Below are positions 1 to 4,328 of a DNA stretch of 4,328 bases, one piece after another. The first letter of the stretch is position 1; every line of letters begins with the position of its first letter. A program made the translations under genes and the position numbers. Under the pieces are notes generated by a model. The model was given only the letters and a program-made list of their open reading frames with translations. It was not told the DNA's origin and ran no database searches. Source of the DNA: a virus (Duplodnaviria; Heunggongvirae; Uroviricota; Caudoviricetes); IMG/VR virus record IMGVR_UViG_2734482584_000005; one strand, 5' to 3'.

Positions 1-305
1 GCCTCCGGACGGGCATCATCCTCCGTCATGGCACCGAGAAAATCATTCAGCGTACCGGGTCGGGAATCTTCATACACAGTGATGGTCCCGGCATGTGACG
101 GCGGGAATCCTTCCACCAACAGAATAACGCTGTACTGACCGTACTCAACGTCCATGCTGTAACGCCCGGCTTCATCCGGATTTTCTGAGGCCAGCGTGTT
201 CACCACCACCGTGGTGCTGTTACGTTTTGCTTTCAGCTGGATTGTGCAGTTCTGTACCGGTTTTCCTGTGCCGTCTTTCAGTACACCTGAAATCTTTACT
301 GCCAT
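1..305 (-). CDS. stf: Side tail fibre protein Stf, N-terminal fragment (partial; 3' end lies beyond the window start)
   Basis: Hand translation of the minus strand from ATG at 305..303 gives MAVKISGVLKDGTGKPVQNCTIQLKAKRNSTTVVVNTLASENPDEAGRYSMDVEYGQYSVILLVEGFPPSHAGTITVYEDSRPGTLNDFLGAMTEDDARPE..., open to position 1. This matches the conserved N-terminus of lambda Stf (orf-401) as I recall it. Position 64 nt downstream of lom reproduces the lambda J-lom-stf order. Absent from the ORF track, probably because it runs off the window edge. Confidence 0.87.
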   Translation of the reverse strand, partial: MAVKISGVLKDGTGKPVQNCTIQLKAKRNSTTVVVNTLASENPDEAGRYSMDVEYGQYSVILLVEGFPPSHAGTITVYEDSRPGTLNDFLGAMTEDDARPE

Positions 306-308
306 ATT

Positions 309-314
309 CACCCC
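309..314 (-). promoter_or_regulatory. Candidate Shine-Dalgarno for stf (GGGGTG on the minus strand)
   Basis: Minus strand reads ...TTTTTTGTGGGGTGAAT-ATG; the G-rich purine stretch ends 3 nt before the stf ATG. Weak match to the GGAGG consensus. Confidence 0.35.
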
Positions 315-316
315 AC

Positions 317-343
317 AAAAAAGCCCGCCTGAACCGGCGGGCT
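317..343 (-). terminator. Rho-independent terminator downstream of lom
   Basis: Minus strand reads AGCCCGCC-GGTTCA-GGCGGGCT followed by TTTTTTG: an 8-bp GC-rich stem (plus-strand arms 322..329 and 336..343), 6-nt loop, and a T6 tract (plus-strand A-run 317..322; the outermost A-T pair overlaps the tract). It starts about 27 nt after the lom stop codon. The plus strand has no T-run after the hairpin, so it is unidirectional. Confidence 0.72.
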
Positions 344-369
344 GTCATAACACTGTGTTACCTGGCTAA

Positions 370-969
370 TCAGAACTTATAACCGACACCCACGATGAAA
401 CCGTCAGTGCGCCAGTCGCCACTGCCGGAGCCTTCATAAGCAATATCAATGGCCACGGATTCGGTCGGGTTAAACTGCACGCCAGCTCCCCACGCCAGAG
501 ACGTGTTGCTGTGGCGACCGTCATCACTTCCGGTCAGCACGTCGTGCGTTTTCCCCTTGTTGTCAGTTACGCGGAGATAATCCCCGGAGAAAGTCGACAC
601 ACGGCTGTAAGCCACACCCGCCATCGCATACGCGCTGAACCATTCATTCACGCGCACAGACGGCCCCGCCATTACGCTGAACCAGCGGTTACGAACGGAA
701 TCTTCATGCCAGCGGGTATCGCTGTAACGGGTCAGCTGGCGATTCTTGTCTCCTGCATAGCTGAATGACGTCACCAGCCCCAGCGTATCCGTAAACTCAT
801 AACGGTATTTCACGTTAATCCCGTTCAGATCATCACTGCCGGGAACGTTGGTCCGGGCATGAAGATACCCCGCGCTCAGCGTGGACTGATGTTCAGACGC
901 CCATGCAGGCGCACCGGATACGGCCAGGCAAATGGCTGCGGACAAAATGGCTGCACAAACTTTACGCAT
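370..969 (-). CDS. lom: Lom outer-membrane protein (Ail/Lom/OmpX/PagC family 8-stranded beta-barrel); phage moron / lysogenic-conversion gene
   Basis: 199-aa ORF with ATG at 969..967 and TGA at 372..370. The N-terminus MRKVCAAILSAAICLAVSGAPAWA-SE is a typical Sec signal peptide with an AxA cleavage motif (24 aa). Alternating amphipathic strands and a C-terminal YKF (terminal aromatic) are typical of OMP beta-barrels. Sequence and position immediately downstream of J match lambda Lom as I recall it. Confidence 0.93.
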   Translation of the reverse strand: MRKVCAAILSAAICLAVSGAPAWASEHQSTLSAGYLHARTNVPGSDDLNGINVKYRYEFTDTLGLVTSFSYAGDKNRQLTRYSDTRWHEDSVRNRWFSVMAGPSVRVNEWFSAYAMAGVAYSRVSTFSGDYLRVTDNKGKTHDVLTGSDDGRHSNTSLAWGAGVQFNPTESVAIDIAYEGSGSGDWRTDGFIVGVGYKF

Positions 970-974
970 AATTA

Positions 975-980
975 CCTCTC
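975..980 (-). promoter_or_regulatory. Shine-Dalgarno for lom (GAGAGG)
   Basis: Minus strand reads GAGAGG-TAATT-ATG, giving 5-nt spacing to the lom start codon. Confidence 0.6.
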
Positions 981-993
981 GCTTTTCTGCAAT

Positions 994-1017
994 AAAAAAG
1001 GCGTCATTCCTGACGCC
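994..1017 (-). terminator. Rho-independent terminator between J and lom
   Basis: Minus strand reads GGCGTCA-GGAA-TGACGCC followed by TTTTTTATT: a perfect 7-bp stem (plus-strand 1000..1006 and 1011..1017), 4-nt loop, and T6 tract (plus-strand A-run 994..999). It lies about 23 nt downstream of the J stop codon. Confidence 0.62.
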
Positions 1018-1039
1018 ATTTATTGGGGTTATAAATATT

Positions 1040-4000
1040 TCAACGAATACTGATGCCGGAAGCCGCTTTTTTGGTCACAATCACCGTACAGTCGGTGATA
1101 TTGCCTGCCCCCTGATTGCCTTTCTGGAAAATCTTAAACTCCAGAGTGACGCTACCACCACCACTAGGCATATCAATAACTGCACTGTAACTACCGGGAA
1201 TGGCACCTTTAGTTTCTCTGGATGCGATTAATACGCCGTTTTTGCGAACTTCAAAACCATAACCCGTGTATCGCGTGCCTCCTGGGTTATTTCCGCTCCC
1301 CGGATCGTCATACGCTATACCGTTAAAAATAATGGGCGGAATAATAATCTGGCGGTCAAAGTTATGATCATCGCTTATGGTGACTGTAACCGTCCCGTTT
1401 GGTGTTTCCGTGTTACCCCACGTACCAGCCTGTTTCGGAAATGATTTGGATACAGCTTTAACGAAGTCACCTCTGACCTGAGTCGCCTCCAGCATGCCCT
1501 TAATCGTACAGTTTTCATTTACCGTGACATTGTTGAGCGTCCCGGCGTTCGCATTCACACTGCCACTGATATCCGCATTTTTAGCGGTCAGCTTTCCGTC
1601 CGGAGTCAGGGAAAATGCCGATGGATTTCCACCGCTGGTAATGGTGGGGGCCGTCAGGCGTTTCAGGAACACGTCGTTCATGAATATCTGATCGCCCTGA
1701 CCAACAAACATCGGTTTTGTGTTGCCATTCGCAGGATTAACCATCGCAATCCTGTCCGCCGCCAGCAGCACCTGACTCTGCATGCCGTCAGGGGTGTTCT
1801 CAATACCGGCACCAATACCCGCGATATAAAGGCGTCCGTCCTGCATCTGCTGCAGCTTCACAGCCCACATGCTGTTCAGGTTATTATTTGTATCAACCTG
1901 AACCTTCTGTATCTGCTGAATTGCCGCACTCTGGTCTTCCAGTTTCTTATTGACGGTCTGCGTGATTTCATTGCTGACATCCGTAATGGACGTCCTGATT
2001 TCAGCCAGGTCAGGCGCAAGCTGACCGTTATCAATCTGCGTCCACAGCTCCTGAGCCAGATGGGTTTTCCCTATCTCGCCTTTGAAAAAATCCAGATAAC
2101 CGGATGCATCATCACTCGGCTGACCAACAGCCTCCACGAATGCCGATTTGCCAACGGTGTTCACACTGCGGATATAAAAGTAATAATCATGGCCCGGTTT
2201 GATATTGATACTGGCGGCTATCCAGTACAGCGCCGTGCCAAGATAGCGTGCTGTGGTTTCAACCTGCCTGATATCCGCAATCCGCTTTTCCGAGAACCAG
2301 AACTCAAACTGTACCGTCGGATCATAAACCGCAAGATGCGGCGTGGCGGTTATCTGAAAATAGCCCGGCGTCAGCTCAATCCGCGACAGCGCTGCCGGTG
2401 CGGCAATCCGGAACGATACCGACGCCGGATCGCCCTGCTGCCCCCACGCATTTACTGCCCGGACTGTCAGCCTGTAGTTCCCCAGCGCCAGTTGTGTGAA
2501 GCGGTAAGTGGTTTCCGTCGTCCGGGCCGTGCTGACCAGCCGCTCACTGCCGTCATCCGCTGTTACGGTCAGACGGAGCAGGAAGCTCACGCCCTTCACC
2601 ACCTTCGGCGTGTCCCAGCGCGCCAGCACCTGATATTCCCCGCTGTCTGCGGTGACTTCGGCAGTCAGGTGCTGCACCGCTGGCGGCGTGACACCATTCA
2701 CCGTGCCGCTCTGGTCGCCGTCAAAGTGCGCCCCGTTATCCACGATGGCTTCTTTTTCCGGCACATGCTGCACGGCGGTGATGGCATACGTGCCGTCGTC
2801 GTTCTCACGGATACTCACGCAGCGGAACAATCGCTGGTGCAGCGTCGGCAGCTTCAGCCCCCACACGCTGTATTCAGCAACACCGTCAGGAACACGGCTC
2901 ACTTTTACCTTCACGCCGTCGGTGACGGACTGGACCTCCACGCTGACCGGATTCCCCTGCCCGTCAACCAGGCTTATCAGCGTGGTGCCGGAGGATGGCA
3001 GCGTGATTTCACGGTCGAGCGTCAGCGTCCGGGTCTGGCTGTTCACCGCCAGCACGCGCCCGCCGGTGCGGATACCGGCATAGTCATCATCGCAGATTTC
3101 AATGACATCGCCCGGTACATGACGAAGCCCTTCAGCACCCACGCTGAAATCCACGGTCTGCGTCTCCAGCAGTTCCGTTTTAATCAGCCACAGCCCGGCG
3201 CGGTGTGCCTGCCCCNNNNNNNNNNNNNNNNNNNNNNNNNNNNNNNNNNNNNNNNNNNNNNNNNNNNNNNNNNNNNNNNNNNNNNNNNNNNNNNNNNNNN
3301 NNNNNNNNNNNNNNNNNNNNNNNNNNNNNNNNNNNNNNNNNNNNNNNNNNNNNNNNNNNNNNNNNNNNNNNNNNNNNNNNNNNNNNNNNNNNNNNNNNNN
3401 NNNNNNNNNNNNNNNNNNNNNNNNNNNNNNNNNNNNNNNNNNNNNNNNNNNNNNNNNNNNNNNNNNNNNNNNNNNNNNNNNNNNNNNNNNNNNNNNNNNN
3501 NNNNNNNNNNNNNNNNNNNNNGGTGCGGATACCGGCATACAGCGCATCGCCGAGCAGAAATCACTGAGCACATCCCACGCCTTGCGCTGTGTGGTCAGCC
3601 AGGCATTACAGGTGATGCGCGGCTCCGTGCTGCCAAAGCCGTCCGGCACCGACTGGTCACAGTACTGGCCGATGACATACAGCGCCCATTTATCCACATC
3701 TGCCGCACCAAGACGTTTCCCCATGCCATAGCGCGGATGGGTCAGCATATCCCACAGACACCAGGCCATGTTGTTGCTGTATGCCGGTTTTAACGTTCCG
3801 TCCCAGATACCGCTGTATTGCCGCGTCTGCGGATTATAGTTCGACGGCACCTGCAGAATGCGCCCGCGAAGATGATAATTACGGCTCACCTGCTGGCTGC
3901 CGAACTGCTCCGAATCCACCTGTACGCCGACCAGTGCCGTGTTCGGGTAGCACTGTTTCACATCGATGATTTCGGTGTATGACGACCAGAGCGTTTTGTT

Positions 4001-4328
4001 CTGCAGCTGGTCTGTGGTGCTGTCCGGCGTCATTCTGCGCATCCGGATATTAAACGGGCGCGGCGGCAGGTTATCCACCACCACCGAGGCCAGATACTGC
4101 GAGGTGGTTTTGCCCTTAATGGTGATGTCTTTTTCCGTCACCCAGCCACCGTTACGCTGTATCTGAACCAGCAGGCGAACTTCAGACGGATTCCTGTCTC
4201 CCTTTGAGGTGGTTTCCACCAGTGCCTGTACACCGAAGGTAAAACGCAGTCGGTCAATGTTTGCCGACGTGATGGTCCGGGTGATCGGCGTGTCATATTT
4301 CACTTCCGTACCCAGCACCGTCTCGGAG
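1040..4328 (-). CDS. J: Tail-tip host-specificity protein J (central tail fibre), partial: N-terminal ~95 aa lie beyond the window end; interrupted by an N gap at 3216..3521
   Basis: ORF-track entry 1040..4318 (1092 aa) begins at an internal GTG; the same frame stays open to 4328 (...[62 protein letters not shown]...). This matches lambda J from about residue 95 onward, from memory. TGA stop at 1042..1040; C-terminus ...[14 protein letters not shown]. The FN3-like central region ([70 protein letters not shown]) is conserved. Confidence 0.95.
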   Translation of the reverse strand, partial: SETVLGTEVKYDTPITRTITSANIDRLRFTFGVQALVETTSKGDRNPSEVRLLVQIQRNGGWVTEKDITIKGKTTSQYLASVVVDNLPPRPFNIRMRRMTPDSTTDQLQNKTLWSSYTEIIDVKQCYPNTALVGVQVDSEQFGSQQVSRNYHLRGRILQVPSNYNPQTRQYSGIWDGTLKPAYSNNMAWCLWDMLTHPRYGMGKRLGAADVDKWALYVIGQYCDQSVPDGFGSTEPRITCNAWLTTQRKAWDVLSDFCSAMRCMPVSAXXXXXXXXXXXXXXXXXXXXXXXXXXXXXXXXXXXXXXXXXXXXXXXXXXXXXXXXXXXXXXXXXXXXXXXXXXXXXXXXXXXXXXXXXXXXXXXXXXXXXXXGQAHRAGLWLIKTELLETQTVDFSVGAEGLRHVPGDVIEICDDDYAGIRTGGRVLAVNSQTRTLTLDREITLPSSGTTLISLVDGQGNPVSVEVQSVTDGVKVKVSRVPDGVAEYSVWGLKLPTLHQRLFRCVSIRENDDGTYAITAVQHVPEKEAIVDNGAHFDGDQSGTVNGVTPPAVQHLTAEVTADSGEYQVLARWDTPKVVKGVSFLLRLTVTADDGSERLVSTARTTETTYRFTQLALGNYRLTVRAVNAWGQQGDPASVSFRIAAPAALSRIELTPGYFQITATPHLAVYDPTVQFEFWFSEKRIADIRQVETTARYLGTALYWIAASINIKPGHDYYFYIRSVNTVGKSAFVEAVGQPSDDASGYLDFFKGEIGKTHLAQELWTQIDNGQLAPDLAEIRTSITDVSNEITQTVNKKLEDQSAAIQQIQKVQVDTNNNLNSMWAVKLQQMQDGRLYIAGIGAGIENTPDGMQSQVLLAADRIAMVNPANGNTKPMFVGQGDQIFMNDVFLKRLTAPTITSGGNPSAFSLTPDGKLTAKNADISGSVNANAGTLNNVTVNENCTIKGMLEATQVRGDFVKAVSKSFPKQAGTWGNTETPNGTVTVTISDDHNFDRQIIIPPIIFNGIAYDDPGSGNNPGGTRYTGYGFEVRKNGVLIASRETKGAIPGSYSAVIDMPSGGGSVTLEFKIFQKGNQGAGNITDCTVIVTKKAASGISIR
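3065..3082. repeat. 18-nt exact direct repeat GGTGCGGATACCGGCATA; second copy at 3522..3539 abuts the N gap
   Basis: Compared base by base: 3065..3082 and 3522..3539 are identical, with the next base differing (G at 3083, C at 3540). On the minus strand the first copy encodes YAGIRT and the second encodes MPVSA, so the two copies sit in different reading frames of J. Confidence 0.85.
3216..3521. other. Run of 306 N (assembly gap or masked sequence) inside the J coding region
   Basis: Directly visible. 306 is a multiple of 3, so the J frame is preserved across it and the ORF track shows a run of X. Counting the 8 flanking nt on one side and 1 on the other, it spans 105 codons where lambda J has about 90 between the conserved motifs CMPV and GQAHRAGLW. 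Confidence 0.99.

Noticed and set aside
970-1060. Search for a sigma-70 promoter for lom in the J-lom spacer and J 3' end
   Set aside because: The best -35-like hexamer (minus-strand TTGAAA, plus-strand 1038..1043) has no acceptable -10 hexamer at 16-18 nt spacing, and TATAAC has no -35 partner. Too weak to annotate by eye.
1056-1072. GCCGGAAGCCGC followed by TTTTTT on the plus strand, resembling a terminator
   Set aside because: Only about 3 bp of the stem can pair (CGG/CCG), and it lies inside the J coding sequence in antisense. The T-run reflects a Lys-Lys (AAA-AAA) stretch in J.
511-1231. Plus-strand ORFs 511..768, 859..1053 and 932..1231
   Set aside because: Short antisense ORFs overlapping lom, the J-lom spacer and the J 3' end. 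Arg/His-rich translations without recognisable motifs or RBS; shadow ORFs.
3184-3573. ORFs 3184..3573 (-) and 3205..3567 (+) in the ORF track
   Set aside because: They consist almost entirely of X from translating the N run; artefacts of the gap.
2060-3793. Long plus-strand ORF (577 aa) in the ORF track
   Set aside because: It lies entirely antisense to the well-supported J coding sequence and runs through the N gap (about 100 X residues). The translation is low-complexity and R/P/C/H-rich (e.g. [16 protein letters not shown]), typical of a shadow ORF opposite a GC-rich gene. No Shine-Dalgarno or protein-like features.
1494-4166. Other short plus-strand ORFs (1494..1691, 2652..3083, 3781..3969, 3966..4166)
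   Set aside because: All are embedded antisense within J, whose frame is supported by the continuous lambda-like translation. No independent evidence for any of them.
1-4328. Possibility of a novel defence or accessory system, CRISPR array, tRNA or insertion sequence
   Set aside because: The whole window is accounted for by J, lom and stf plus two terminators and one N gap. No tandem repeat/spacer structure, tRNA-like cloverleaf, terminal inverted repeats or unexplained ORFs were seen. The only unknown is the 306-nt masked segment, which sits in frame inside J.

Overview
This window is the distal tail / lysogenic-conversion region of a lambda-like (lambdoid) phage or prophage, with every gene on the minus strand. 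Reading the minus strand from high to low coordinates: the 3' ~3.3 kb of the tail-tip host-specificity gene J (1040..4328, 5' end outside the window), a hairpin plus T-run terminator, the outer-membrane moron gene lom (370..969), a second strong terminator, and the first 101 codons of the side tail fibre gene stf (1..305, 3' end outside the window). A 306-nt run of N (3216..3521) interrupts J in frame. All plus-strand ORFs in the track are antisense shadows of J or lom. I found no CRISPR array, tRNA, IS element or defence-like gene; the window is fully explained by known lambda tail and moron genes, and I see no evidence of an undescribed system. The points worth following up are that J is mosaic (near-identical to lambda J for most of its length as I recall it, but with a replaced central segment and a diverged C-terminal receptor-binding domain) and that the sequence at the edge of the N gap looks like an assembly artefact. 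All comparisons to lambda proteins are from memory, not from a database search.
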